DNA from: an uncultured Chloroflexia bacterium
GTDB lineage: Bacteria; Chloroflexota; Limnocylindria; Limnocylindrales; CSP1-4
Direction: 5' to 3'
NCBI GenBank assembly: GCA_963778955.1
Contig: CAVZWI010000001.1
Location: 218,823-282,822 of the forward strand
DNA: 64,000 nt
Shown here piece by piece: positions 24,492 through 35,028 of this stretch; the first letter of the stretch is position 1, and every line of letters begins with the position of its first letter. The notes beneath the pieces are model-generated. The model did not search any database. It was not told the DNA's origin and worked only from the letters and a program-made list of their open reading frames with translations. Made by a program: the position numbers and the translations under genes.

Positions 24492-27304
24492 TCGTCCACC
24501 TTCACCAGCAGTGCCACTGGAAACCGCCGCAACACCCGATCCAGCGGCAGCGTCCCATCCACCGGCGACGTCCGCGCAGCGCTGCGCACGACGTGACGCT
24601 CGCCCGTCAAGTGGTCCCGCCATCTGCCAGCGGGGATCTCGACCCGCGTGTCCGCCCAGCGCGATGCCGGCGGCAGGAGGCGAGCGCCAAGGCGGCCGCG
24701 CGTGAGCTTGTGCACGTGTCGGGGCACGATGGTGACGGCAGCCTCAGCGCGGGCGAAGGCGACCACGTGGTCGGCAGCATGGCCCGTGACCAGGAGGGGC
24801 CGGTAGGCCGCCTCGGGGCCATAGAGATCGCGCCGTTCGCGGCGCAGATGCAGTGCCTGTCGCGTGAGCCACAACTTGGGCAGGCCCGCATCCGCGGCGG
24901 TCAGGATGGCGGCCGGGCCCGGCCCACGCAGCGGGTCGACCTCCAGCGCCGCCTCGAGGTCGGCCAGCAGGCGGTCTCGCTGCTCGAAGTCGACCCGTTG
25001 GCGATTGTCAGGGTCGACCAGCGAAAGATCCCACAGCTCGCAGCCCTGATAGATGTCCGGTACGCCCGGCGCGGTGAGCTTGAGCAGCGTCTGTGACAGG
25101 GCATTCACTCGCCCGGCACGCAAGATCGGCGGCAGGACGTGCTCCACGTCGGCGACGAAGCTGGCATCCGCGAGGATGTCCCGAACGAAGCCCTCCAGCG
25201 ATGCCTCGTAGGCCGCGTATGGCTCTGTCCAGGCGGTGCGCAACTTGGCCTCGCGAGCGGCCTTCAGCAGGTAGGCGGCCAGGCGGTCGGTGTCGATGGG
25301 CCAGGTGCCCACGATGGTCTGGGCGGCCAGGTAGCCGATGACCGGATCGAAGCTGGTCCCGCGCCAGCGACGACGGAAGCGGCGCATCCAGCGCTCGGCG
25401 ATGCGGCGCCAGCGCTCGGGCATCTCGGACAAGACCGCGAGTCGGGCACGCACGTCCTCGGAGCGCTTGGTGTCGTGCGTCGACGTCGTCAGCATGGTGG
25501 CCGGCCAAGTCGCGGCACGGGCGGCATTGGCGGCGTGATACCCCTCTACGTCCAGGCCGAAGCGACCGGGCTCGCAGCCGACATCGTTGAGCGCCACCAG
25601 GCGGACGTAGCGGTAGAAGGCGGTGTCTTCGATGCCCTTGGCCATGACCGCGCCAGACAGCTGCTGGAAGCGGCCCGCCAGATGGCCCTCCGCGTCACCG
25701 TTTACGCCCAGGGTCAGGATCCGGCCGAGGAAGCCGAGCAGCTCAGGATCGATGTCCGGTCGGGCCTCCTGTGCCGCGGCGATAGCGGTATCGATGATGC
25801 GACGGTCCTGCTCGCTGATGACGCCCTCGTCGGGTCGGGCGTAGGTGCGGTATACAGGCATGGAGACGACCACGGCGCGCAAGGCCTCGTGGAGCTCGTG
25901 GCGCGTGTAATCCCGGAAGCGACGCTGGTTCTCGCAGATGGCCACGAAGACCGCGGTCAGCCGGTTGAGCTCCGAGCCCAGGGTCTCGCGGACCACGAGG
26001 TCACGAGTCTCGCGGGTGATGACGTCGAAGCTGCGCGGCTCGCGGGTGAGACGGGCATGCAACTCGCTGAAGGCCGCCTCCGCGGCCGGATCGACCAGCA
26101 GGCTCACGGTGTCGCTGAGGAAGTCGTAGCCGGTGGTGCCATCGACGGGCCAGTCCCGCGGCAACGACTCACCGGGCATGAGGATCTTCTCTACCACCAG
26201 CCAGCCGCGACGCAGTGAAGCCCGAAGCCGTTGCGTGTAGGTGGTGGGGTCCAGCAGCCCATCGGGATGATCGACGCGGATGCCGTCGAGCACGCCATCG
26301 TCGATCCAGCGTCGGAGGCGCGCGTGCGAGTCCTTGAAGACGAGCTTGTCCTCGACACGCAGGCCGATGAGCGTGGTGATGTCGAAGAAGCGTCGATAGC
26401 CCAGGTCCCGACCTGCGGCACGCCAGTAGGCGATGCGGTAGTTCTGGATGGACAGCAAGGCATCAAGGGCATCGGGATCGGCGCTGGTGCCGGCCAGTTC
26501 GGCGTCGACCGCATCGCGCACCTGCGGCTGCTCGTCGAGCAGGCGCTCCAGCAACCCCTGCAGGACCTCCTTGTCGCGGTGGCGCCGGAGCAGGCTCTCG
26601 CGGTCGGTGACGGTGGAGCGCGGGAGTGCCCGAAAGGCTGCTGCCAGGAAGGCCAGGTCGCGCGAACGGGTTCGGGCGGCAGCCGGCTCCAGCAGCCGGT
26701 ACAGCGAGCGTGGCGAGAGCGGCAGCAGGTGCTCGTGATAGCGCAGGCTCACGGCGGCGCCATGACGCTCCAGGACCAGGTCGCCGGCTTCGACGACTCG
26801 ACCGTAGTGGTCGCCGAGGATGGGCAGCAGGACCACGTTGCGGTCACGGGCCTCGGGTGGGTCCCACTCGACATCGAAATAGCGTGCGTAGCGGCTCGAC
26901 TGGCCGTTCTCCAGCACGTCCCACCACCAGGGGTTCTCCGGGCCTGAGATGGCCAGGTGGTTGGGCACGATGTCGAGCACCTGGCCCAGCCCCAGGCGCC
27001 CCAGGGTGCTCGAGAGCCGCCGATGACCTACGCTGCCGCCCAGCTCCTCGTTGACGCGTCGAGGGTCCACCACGTCGTAGCCATGCTGACTGCCGGGTGC
27101 CGCTTGCAGGTAGGGGGACGCGTACAGGTGGCTGACACCGAGTCGCGAGAGGTAGGCAGCGACATCCGCGGCCGCCCGGAAGCCGAACTCCGCCCGCAGC
27201 TGCAGCCGATAAGTGGCGCTGGGCACGACCCGACCGGGACGGCGATGGCGCGGCCGACTCGCCGTCGCCACTTCGCCGGCCGCGGTCTCGCGCGGCTCAG
27301 TCAT
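24488..27304 (-). CDS. treY: Malto-oligosyltrehalose synthase
   Basis: ATYRLQL, GSQHGYDVVD, DIVPNH, RVDHPDGL, VEKIL, DGTTGYDF, STHDTKRSEDVRAR and LVDPDNR. Confidence 0.95.
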   Translation of the reverse strand: MTEPRETAAGEVATASRPRHRRPGRVVPSATYRLQLRAEFGFRAAADVAAYLSRLGVSHLYASPYLQAAPGSQHGYDVVDPRRVNEELGGSVGHRRLSSTLGRLGLGQVLDIVPNHLAISGPENPWWWDVLENGQSSRYARYFDVEWDPPEARDRNVVLLPILGDHYGRVVEAGDLVLERHGAAVSLRYHEHLLPLSPRSLYRLLEPAAARTRSRDLAFLAAAFRALPRSTVTDRESLLRRHRDKEVLQGLLERLLDEQPQVRDAVDAELAGTSADPDALDALLSIQNYRIAYWRAAGRDLGYRRFFDITTLIGLRVEDKLVFKDSHARLRRWIDDGVLDGIRVDHPDGLLDPTTYTQRLRASLRRGWLVVEKILMPGESLPRDWPVDGTTGYDFLSDTVSLLVDPAAEAAFSELHARLTREPRSFDVITRETRDLVVRETLGSELNRLTAVFVAICENQRRFRDYTRHELHEALRAVVVSMPVYRTYARPDEGVISEQDRRIIDTAIAAAQEARPDIDPELLGFLGRILTLGVNGDAEGHLAGRFQQLSGAVMAKGIEDTAFYRYVRLVALNDVGCEPGRFGLDVEGYHAANAARAATWPATMLTTSTHDTKRSEDVRARLAVLSEMPERWRRIAERWMRRFRRRWRGTSFDPVIGYLAAQTIVGTWPIDTDRLAAYLLKAAREAKLRTAWTEPYAAYEASLEGFVRDILADASFVADVEHVLPPILRAGRVNALSQTLLKLTAPGVPDIYQGCELWDLSLVDPDNRQRVDFEQRDRLLADLEAALEVDPLRGPGPAAILTAADAGLPKLWLTRQALHLRRERRDLYGPEAAYRPLLVTGHAADHVVAFARAEAAVTIVPRHVHKLTRGRLGARLLPPASRWADTRVEIPAGRWRDHLTGERHVVRSAARTSPVDGTLPLDRVLRRFPVALLVKVDE

Positions 27305-29423
27305 CGTCACGCTGCAGGACCTTGATGGAGTGGGCCGGCACGGGCACCCGCCAGCCGGCATGGTAGAGACGACCACGCGCCGGGAAGGGTGGATCGGCCG
27401 CCGTGGCCAGGACCGTCCGCCAGCGTCTGCCCAGTCGCTCGCCTGGCAGTCGGAAACGCCGATCGCGCGCTCCGGCGTTGATGGTGAGGTAATAGGAGTG
27501 GTCGCCCAGCGGTCGGCCGTCCGTGTCTGTCAGACCCTCCGGCGAAAGGAAGATGCCCAGCAGGCTGACGGTTGCGGCCTCCCAGTCGTGGTCGGTCATC
27601 TCCGTACCGTTGGGCGCGAACCACTCGATGTCGGCGACGCCGGGGCCGTGCAGCGGGCGGTCCTGGAACCAGCGACGACGACGGAAGACCGGGCGTTCCA
27701 GACGGAACCGGATCAGCCGCCGAGTGAAGTCCAGGAGCGGCTCGTCGGGGTGCTCCCAGTCGTACCAGCTGATCTCGTTGTCCTGGCAGTAACCGTTGTT
27801 GTTACCGCCCTGCGTGCGACCCATCTCGTCACCGCCCAGCAACATCGGGACACCCTGGGATAGCAGCAACGTGGCCAGGATGTTGCGCTGCTGCCTCGAG
27901 CGCAATCCGTTGATGGCGGGATCGTCGGTGGGGCCCTCCGCGCCACAGTTCCAGGAGCGGTTGTGCGACTCGCCATCCTGGTTGTCCTCACCGTTGGCCT
28001 CGTTGCGCTTCTCGTGGTAGCTGACGAGGTCGGCCAGCGTGAAGCCATCGTGGGCGGTGACGAGGTTGATGCTCGCGTGCGGCAACCGCCCGGACCGCGC
28101 ATAGAGGTCGGAGCTGCCGGTGAAGCGGTAGCCGAAGTCGGAAAGCGAGCTGGCCTCGCCACGCCAGAGGTCTCGCACGGTATCGCGGTAGCGCCCGTTC
28201 CATTCGGACCAGTGAACAGGGAAGTTGCCTACCTGGTAGCCACTCTCCCCCACGTCCCAGGGCTCGGCGATGAGCTTCACGCCGCGGACCACGGGATCCT
28301 GGTGGATGACGTCGAAGAAGGCGGACAGGCGATCGACGTCGTGGAGTTGGCGGGCGAGCGCGGAAGCAAGGTCGAAGCGAAAGCCATCGACGTGCATCTC
28401 CTCCACCCAGTAGCGCAAGCTGTCCATGATGAGTTGCAGCACGTATGGATCGCGGGCGTCGAGCGTGTTGCCGGTGCCCGTGTAGTCCATGTAGTAGCGC
28501 GGGTCGTCGTCCACCAGCCGGTAGTAGGCGTGGTTATCGAGGCCACGCATCGCCAAGGTGGGCCCCTCGTGGTTGCCCTCGGCGGTGTGGTTGTAGACGA
28601 CGTCCAGGATGACCTCGATGCCAGCGGCGTGGAGCGCCTTGACCATGTGCTTGAACTCGCTGACCTGCTGGCCATGCGACCCGGCGCTCGAGTACTCGCC
28701 GTGCGGCGCCAGGAAGCCGATGGAGTTGTAGCCCCAGTAGTTGCGCAGGCCTCGCTCCATCAGGTGGCCGTCATGCACGAACTGGTGCACCGGCAGGAGC
28801 TCGAGAGCGGTGATCCCGAGTCGGACCAGGTGCTCGATGGCCGCCGGGTGGGCCAGACCGGCGTAGGTGCCGCGCAGCTCCGGCGGGACCGCGGGGTGCC
28901 GCATGGTCAACCCCTTGACATGCACCTCGTAGATGACGCTCTCGTGCTCCGGCCGGTGCGGGCGCACATCACCGCTCCAGTCGAAGGCACCGTCGATGAC
29001 GATGGAGCGCGGGACGAATGGCGCACTGTCATCCTGGTTGGGCGCCTCCGGGTCCGAGAGCTCATGGCCGAACACCGGCGGCTGCCAGTCCACGCCGCCA
29101 TCGATGGCCAGGGCATAAGGGTCCAGTAGCAGCTTGGCGGGATTGCAGCGAAGGCCGGCGCCCGGATTCCAGGGGCCGTGGACGCGGAAGCCGTATCGCT
29201 GGCCGGGCCGGATCCCCGGCAGGTAGCCGTGCCAGGTGTTGCCGGTCATCTCGGGCAGGTCCAGGCGAGTCTCGCGACCCGCCTCGTCGAAGAGGCACAA
29301 CTCGACCCGCTCCGCGACCCCCGAGAACACCGCGAAGTTCGTGCCTGCCTCGTCCACGATGGCACCCAGCCGGTCGGGGACGCCCGGCCGAACCGTGCCC
29401 TGGAGGGCTGTGGCGTCAGTCAT
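27297..29423 (-). CDS. glgX: Glycogen debranching enzyme
   Basis: YWGYNSIGF, LDVVYNHTAEG, GFRFDLASAL, IAEPWD, TAHDGFTLADLVSY and NNNGYCQDNE. Confidence 0.96.
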   Translation of the reverse strand: MTDATALQGTVRPGVPDRLGAIVDEAGTNFAVFSGVAERVELCLFDEAGRETRLDLPEMTGNTWHGYLPGIRPGQRYGFRVHGPWNPGAGLRCNPAKLLLDPYALAIDGGVDWQPPVFGHELSDPEAPNQDDSAPFVPRSIVIDGAFDWSGDVRPHRPEHESVIYEVHVKGLTMRHPAVPPELRGTYAGLAHPAAIEHLVRLGITALELLPVHQFVHDGHLMERGLRNYWGYNSIGFLAPHGEYSSAGSHGQQVSEFKHMVKALHAAGIEVILDVVYNHTAEGNHEGPTLAMRGLDNHAYYRLVDDDPRYYMDYTGTGNTLDARDPYVLQLIMDSLRYWVEEMHVDGFRFDLASALARQLHDVDRLSAFFDVIHQDPVVRGVKLIAEPWDVGESGYQVGNFPVHWSEWNGRYRDTVRDLWRGEASSLSDFGYRFTGSSDLYARSGRLPHASINLVTAHDGFTLADLVSYHEKRNEANGEDNQDGESHNRSWNCGAEGPTDDPAINGLRSRQQRNILATLLLSQGVPMLLGGDEMGRTQGGNNNGYCQDNEISWYDWEHPDEPLLDFTRRLIRFRLERPVFRRRRWFQDRPLHGPGVADIEWFAPNGTEMTDHDWEAATVSLLGIFLSPEGLTDTDGRPLGDHSYYLTINAGARDRRFRLPGERLGRRWRTVLATAADPPFPARGRLYHAGWRVPVPAHSIKVLQRDDD

Positions 29424-29474
29424 CCTTCCTCATGAGTCTTCCGTGCCGGCGGACGCACCGCCGGCCGGCACCGG

Positions 29475-29868
29475 TCACGCAGCGGACGAGGATGGTTTGT
29501 TGTCTCGCTTGGCGCGGTTGGCCCGGCGCTTCTTGTTCGCCGCTTGACGCTTGCGACGGGACCTGAGCACGAACACGATGAGCCCGACTGTCAGCAGGGC
29601 CAGCCCGGCAGCGGCGACCGCGACCAGGATCGCCCGTTCTTCCTCGGGTGACCGGTCGTCCAGGGCATGCTCCAGATCCGAGCGCGCTTCCCCTTGCAGA
29701 TGCTCGACCTGTTCCTGGATCTGCCCGGATCGCTCCTCGCACGTCGTGCTCGATCCCTGCCACGGCCTCCTCCACGGCAGGTCCTCTCTCGGCGATCACA
29801 TCCTGGGCACGGCCCACGATGCTGCTGGCTGCCCGCTGGGCACGTTCGGCGCCGCTTGGTTCGATCAT
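29475..29868 (-). CDS. Small membrane protein with an acidic N-region, one TM helix and a basic tail (apparent +1 frameshift at about 29739)
   Basis: MIEPSG...GIEHDV continues, after removing one base, as EERSGQIQEQVEHL...AILVAVAAAGLALLTVGLIVFVLRSRRKRQAANKKRR...SSAA*. Confidence 0.6.
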
Positions 29869-30129
29869 CGGACTCCCTCGTCTTCGAGCTATCTCGTACT
29901 CGGTGCTGGAAGCCAAGCATATCGAGGAGGGGTGAAGAGTGCGCCGGCGACACCCGTGCGGGCATCACAGCCGTATCGCATCCGGCCCGTGTCGACGCGT
30001 ACTAATCACGCTGGCGTTACGGGTCTGCAAGGAGATGGCGGCCGGAGTGCGGTCCGCTTGTGTGCATCGATGACAGACACTCTCGGTCACATCTCATGCC
30101 ATGCATCGCCCGATGCGCAGGAGGACCAG

Positions 30130-30492
30130 ATGGCCAGTACGACCGATACGAACAGGACCATCAGTGCGGACGAGGACGGAGGCAGAGACAGCGTCCAGCA
30201 CGTGCTCGGCACGCTTGGCGATGTCTCGACCGAGGCCGAGGCGCAGGTGGGGCGCGCGGTCGGGCACGTGGGATCGGGCGTCGAGCGGGCCAACGCAACA
30301 TTGCGCCGCAGTTCCGATCAGACGCTGGGCATCATGGGGGCCTTCTCGGTGGGCATGGCGGTCGGTCTGCTGCTCGCGGGGGCTAATCGGCTGCTGACCA
30401 TCGTGGCACTCGTCCCGGCAGCGATGGTGGCCGGCGTGGCCCTGGAGCGGATCGATGGCGCTGCCAGGAGCGAACGCCGCACGGCCGCCTGA
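30130..30492 (+). CDS. Small membrane protein (hydrophilic N-half, two C-terminal hydrophobic segments)
   Basis: GGAGGA Shine-Dalgarno before ATG 30130; LGIMGAFSVGMAVGLLLAG and LLTIVALVPAAMVAGVAL segments. Confidence 0.6.
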   Translation: MASTTDTNRTISADEDGGRDSVQHVLGTLGDVSTEAEAQVGRAVGHVGSGVERANATLRRSSDQTLGIMGAFSVGMAVGLLLAGANRLLTIVALVPAAMVAGVALERIDGAARSERRTAA

Positions 30493-30575
30493 CGCGGCCT
30501 GACCCCGCCCCGACGAGACCGTGGTTGCGGGCCCCATGTATCGTGGGTCGCACCGTAAGGGGGGCCTCGGAGGAG

Positions 30576-31163
30576 ATGCACGTGCTCAGACCCACGATCC
30601 ACTCGCGCCCCGCCCTCGCCTTGGCCGCTGCCCTGAGTCTGTCCATGGTGACGACGGTCACGGCGCAGTCGGACACCGCTGACGAGGGGACTGCCGACCC
30701 GGTGGCCGCTCCAGCGCTCGAGGGCCTAGCCTGGTACCAGGCGGTCGATGTCACGGGCTCGGAGATCGAGACCACGCGCGATGCCGACGAGGTCGCCCAG
30801 TGGGTCAAGCTGGTCGATGGCGCCGGCGCCACGTTGTCCGACCTGGAATACAGCTACTCCCAGGCGTTCGACCCTGCGACGCTGCCGAACCTGGGCCAGA
30901 TGGCAACGGTGCGCGTGGCCGGAGCGGAAACCGATGCCCTGCGTGGGGCGGTGGTGCAGGACATCGTCGATCAGGTCGTCGGCTGGGGCAGTGATGCGCC
31001 CGTGCCGGAGGCGACCGTGATCGGCGACAAGGACGTCGTCACGGTCAGCCTGCCCGATGAGATCGGCCTGGCGGACGCCATCGTCTACGCCAGCGGTGAC
31101 ACCGCCTGGGTCCTGATGCTCGATGGCGATCTGGCCGCACAAGCTCTCGCCCAGCTCCCCTGA
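30576..31163 (+). CDS. Secreted hypothetical protein
   Basis: GGAGGAG Shine-Dalgarno, signal peptide ALALAAALSLSMVTTVTA, acidic mature domain. Confidence 0.65.
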   Translation: MHVLRPTIHSRPALALAAALSLSMVTTVTAQSDTADEGTADPVAAPALEGLAWYQAVDVTGSEIETTRDADEVAQWVKLVDGAGATLSDLEYSYSQAFDPATLPNLGQMATVRVAGAETDALRGAVVQDIVDQVVGWGSDAPVPEATVIGDKDVVTVSLPDEIGLADAIVYASGDTAWVLMLDGDLAAQALAQLP

Positions 31164-31207
31164 AGAAACTGCGGCTCGGACTGACCGGCGTCGGTATCGC
31201 CATCGTC

Positions 31208-32717
31208 ATGCCCTTCGCCTCCGCGTGGCAGCCGGACGCTGTCGTGCGTGCGGCCGTCCTGCCTGATGCATCTCGCTGGACGGTATGCGCCGGCTCGGAC
31301 GAACCGGTCGGCTGGGACCAAGAGGTCGAGTGCGCCACCCTGCAGGTGCCCCTCGACCATGCCGACCCAGGTTCGGGGACGATCGGGCTGCCGGTTCGAA
31401 GGATCCGAGCCCGCGATCGGGCCGAGCGCATCGGGGTGCTCGTGACCATCGACGGAGGACCCGGCCAACGTGGCACGCTCAGTGTCCGGCCGGGCGCCCA
31501 CACCGAGGCTATCGAGGACCGCTTCGACATCGTCAGCTGGGATCCTCGTGGCACGTCCGGTGAGACCGCCATCGACTGCATCCCCGAGTGGGACCCGTTC
31601 GTCGGCCTGGACCGCACGCCAGACACCGCCGCTGAACGCGAAGCGCTCGATGCGGCGACCGTTGGGCTGGCCTCGCGCTGTCAAGAGCGGCACGCAGACG
31701 TGCTGCCATACGTGGGGACGCTCGCGACCGCACTCGACCTCGAGTCGTTGCGCCAGATGCTCGATGAGCCGCAGATCAGCATCCTGGGCAGCTCATACGG
31801 ATCGGAGGTCGCAGTGACGTATGCCACGCTGTTTCCGGACCACGTCCGAGCCGTCGTCCTCGACGGTTACAGCGACCCCAACCGCTCGCCTGCTGAACGG
31901 GAGGTCGAGCAGGCAGCCGCGTTCGAACATGCTCTGCAGGACCTGCTCGCCCAGTGCGGGGACGACCCGCTGTGCCCCTTCGGGCAAGGCGGCGAGCCGG
32001 GGCCGGCACTCGACCGGCTGTTGACAGACTTGGACCGCGAACCGATGGCTGCTGGCGACGGGACGTGGTTGACGCAGTCCGATGCCTATGAAGCCATCGT
32101 CGGCTCCCTCACTCTCGACCACTCGGCACGCCGCCAGCTGCTCGAAGCCCTGGCAGCGGCAGAACATGGGGTCGGTGGGCCACTGCAGTCGATCGCGACG
32201 GCGGTACGACAGGCCTATGAAGCCAGTGGGCTCAACCAAGGCGCCTTCATGGCGATCTACTGCGCCGAATTCCGGAGCTTGGTGGCGGCGTCTGTCCGAC
32301 GCGGAGGTCGGCGACCTGGCAGATCGCGTGCGCGAGGTCGCGCCACGGTTGGGACGCTGGCTGTGGTCACCGCCCGGCGATCCCGACCTGCCGCCGATCG
32401 GACTGTGCGCGATGCAGGCTGAGCCGCCTGCGCCTCCCGACGTGCCCATCGACGCGGCCGGTGCCGGGCCCATCCTGGTGCTGGCGTCCAGCGGTGACCC
32501 GACCACGCCCCTCAGTGCCGCCCGTCACTCGCTCCAGGACCTGCAGGATGCCGAGCTGGTCACCCTCGAGGCGGACCAGCACCTCGCCTACCACTATGCC
32601 TTGAGCGACCCAGGGCGGGCGGCCTACCGCTGCCTCCTCGACGCCGTGGAGACCTACATGATCGACCTCGAAAGGCCGCCTACCGAGAAGGAGTGCGCTG
32701 ATGACCAGGGAACGTGA
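31208..32717 (+). CDS. Secreted alpha/beta-hydrolase, tripeptidyl-aminopeptidase (S33/TAP-like) family (apparent +1 frameshift at about 32268)
   Basis: ECATLQVPLDH, GGPG, DIVSWDPRG, nucleophile elbow GSSYGS, VRAVVLDG, then LVLASSGDPTTP and EADQH in the next frame. Confidence 0.82.
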
Positions 32718-34239
32718 CAAGGCACTGCGGCATCGGGCGATCGTCGTCCTGGCGCTGATGGTGTTGATGGCTGTGGCTGCGATGCCGGCGACCGCGACGG
32801 CGCCGGCGCCGGTCATCCCAGTAGGCGCGATCCCCAGCGGAGGGGAGCCGCCGCCGGTCGAACCCGCGCCGGCCGAACCCCCGCCGGAGGACGCCGTCGA
32901 CTGCCTCATCGGATCGTCCGGAACTGTCGGCACGCTGGCGGCCTACCCCGCGCCGGTCGTCCCGGCGGACTTGATCGAGCCCGAGTCGCCCTGTCGGACC
33001 GAGATCTCGCTGTCGCTGGCGGTCGAGTCGCCGGATGGGCGACGGCCGGAGGGCGCCGATGCCACGAGCGCCGGGATGTCGGTACCTCGACCGGCCCTCG
33101 AGGCCGGCTTCGACACCACGCTTCCGGCAAGCTCGCGAACCATCTCGCTCAGTGATCCCGGCGCCGACTGGGAGGTCACCGACGTGGGCTGCACCTGTGG
33201 CGGCAGTACCGCATCAGCCCAGCTGGCGAGTTATCCCGGGCCGGTCATCCCGGTGCCCAGCTTCGACTCGGGCGCGCGACCCGGCAGTGCTGCCTGCGGC
33301 GCGGTGGGCGGTTCGGGTGCATCCGTCGCGTCGATGGCGTCGACCATGTTGGGCGGCCCCGGCGTCAGCGACCTGGCGACCTATCCCGGACCGGTCATCC
33401 CGGTGCCGGGGCCAGCCGAGCCACCGACGCCTCCGGAGCCGCCACCGGCACCGGTCAACGTGGCCTGGGATGCGAACGGTACGGTCTTCATCCACGACAT
33501 CGATCGACTCGGTGGCGCGATCACCTGTGCCTGGACGGTGGAGCTCGTCTACGGCGACCTCATCCTCAAGACGAAGACGGAGCCACGCGGCAGCGAAGCG
33601 CGCTTCAGCTACGTGGTGACACCGGCCAGCTCGGAGCACGGAGCGACCCCGACCACGATGTACGGCTCGCCGTCGGGTGCCAGGAGCAAGCTGTGGAGTG
33701 GTGCCTGGTCCGCGGAGATGCAGATCCTGGATCCGCGCTGGGAGCTGAAACGCTCAAGCTGCGATGAGACCGACGGCAGCACGTCCAGCAGCGCCACCGG
33801 GACGAGCGCGCAGATCGGGCTCGACCCCGGCGACAAGGTCACCTGTACATTCGAGATGAAGATCCTGGCGCCCAAACCCGGCCAGTGGCGGGCCAGGAAC
33901 GGCAAGGGCTTGGTCTCCTGCGGTGTGCAGAGCATCAAGCTTCCAGCGGTGACGGACTTTGGCAGCCTCAAGGTTCGCCAGGACGGCGACCTGCTCATCG
34001 CACGTGGGCTCTCACCGGGAGCCGGCCAAGCCTGGAGACTGCACCGCGACCAGGCCGACCCGCGGCTCTACACCGGCCGGGTGACGCTGAACCTCGGCGG
34101 TGCTCGCGGCACATTCGATACGTCGCTTCGGATGAGCGACGAGAAGCACATGACAGGCGCCTTCAGTGGCAAGGTCAAGGTCCGCGGTGAGACCTGCGCG
34201 TTCAGCCGTCCCCTGAAGCTGGACTACGCGGGAGGCTGA
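32701..34239 (+). CDS. Secreted multi-domain protein with YPGPVIPVP repeats and SpaA/prealbumin-like Cys-containing modules
   Basis: Signal peptide; LA(A/S/T)YP(A/G)PV(V/I)P repeated three times; WEVTDVGC, WELKRSSCD and LDPGDKVTCTF motifs. Confidence 0.65.
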   Translation: MTRERDKALRHRAIVVLALMVLMAVAAMPATATAPAPVIPVGAIPSGGEPPPVEPAPAEPPPEDAVDCLIGSSGTVGTLAAYPAPVVPADLIEPESPCRTEISLSLAVESPDGRRPEGADATSAGMSVPRPALEAGFDTTLPASSRTISLSDPGADWEVTDVGCTCGGSTASAQLASYPGPVIPVPSFDSGARPGSAACGAVGGSGASVASMASTMLGGPGVSDLATYPGPVIPVPGPAEPPTPPEPPPAPVNVAWDANGTVFIHDIDRLGGAITCAWTVELVYGDLILKTKTEPRGSEARFSYVVTPASSEHGATPTTMYGSPSGARSKLWSGAWSAEMQILDPRWELKRSSCDETDGSTSSSATGTSAQIGLDPGDKVTCTFEMKILAPKPGQWRARNGKGLVSCGVQSIKLPAVTDFGSLKVRQDGDLLIARGLSPGAGQAWRLHRDQADPRLYTGRVTLNLGGARGTFDTSLRMSDEKHMTGAFSGKVKVRGETCAFSRPLKLDYAGG

Positions 34240-34891
34240 ACCCGGCCATTCTGGAGCGCCGCAGACGCTCCAGGTCCTCCGGCCGATCCACGTCCGGCAT
34301 CTCAGCGTCGATGGGCACGTCCAGCACCAGCTCGGGGTGGAGGGCGATGAGCGGCGCCAACCCATGGTCGCCACGCAACTCCTGCACCATCGGCCAGGCC
34401 GAGCTTCGTATGAGCACCGGGTTGCGTGGTCCGGGGTCGGCGGTGTAGCGGGGCACGATAAGCAGTCGCTCAGCGGCAGCCGCCCCACCGGCGGCCTGCG
34501 CCAAGGCGTCGAGCGTGGCTGGTCGGAGCCGGGGCTGATCGCCTAGCACCACGAACGTGCCGTCGAGTGGCGCGGGCGAACTGGCGAGCGCTTCGATGCC
34601 GACCGCAAGCGAAGATGAGATCCCCTGCCCTGGCGCCTTGTTGCGGACCCTGACCTCATCCGACCAAGTGATGGTCTCCTCGATGCGCGCGGCACCGTCG
34701 CCCAGGACGACGATGGTCATCTCGGGACCATACGTACGCACCGCCTGCAGCACGTGCCCCAGGACGGTCCCATCATCGAGCGGCGCCGTCAGCTTCTCAC
34801 CGGGGATGCTGGAGAAGCGCGACCCCGCGCCTGCTGCAAGCACCACCACGCCCAGGTGCAGCGGCGTCACGTCCAGAGTCGGCATCGTCAT
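34202..34891 (-). CDS. Nucleotidyltransferase, MocA (molybdenum cofactor cytidylyltransferase)-like
   Basis: VVLAAGAGSRF, KL, VLGDQP, GDHG and DVDRPEDL. Confidence 0.78.
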   Translation of the reverse strand: MTMPTLDVTPLHLGVVVLAAGAGSRFSSIPGEKLTAPLDDGTVLGHVLQAVRTYGPEMTIVVLGDGAARIEETITWSDEVRVRNKAPGQGISSSLAVGIEALASSPAPLDGTFVVLGDQPRLRPATLDALAQAAGGAAAAERLLIVPRYTADPGPRNPVLIRSSAWPMVQELRGDHGLAPLIALHPELVLDVPIDAEMPDVDRPEDLERLRRSRMAGFSLPRSPASGDG

Positions 34892-35028
34892 CCTCTGTGT
34901 CCTCGGGAGGCCCTGCGAACCTCCCGGCGATCATATCGCCCGATCCGGTGGCGGCGCAGGGCGATGGGACCTGCAGCTTCCGACGCAGGCCCCATCGTGG
35001 ATCGTGAGCTTCGTCCGAGGTGCGACCG

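Noticed and set aside
29919-29935. Possible seventh MalT-box site (ATATCG-AGGAG-GGGTGA)
   Set aside because: Only 3 of 6 matches in the left half-site and far from the cluster; likely chance.
34202-34891. MocA-like gene as the cofactor-maturation partner of the formate dehydrogenase
   Set aside because: Formate dehydrogenases use the guanine dinucleotide cofactor made by MobA; this protein looks more MocA-like, lies 22 kb away, and its nucleotide specificity cannot be determined by eye.
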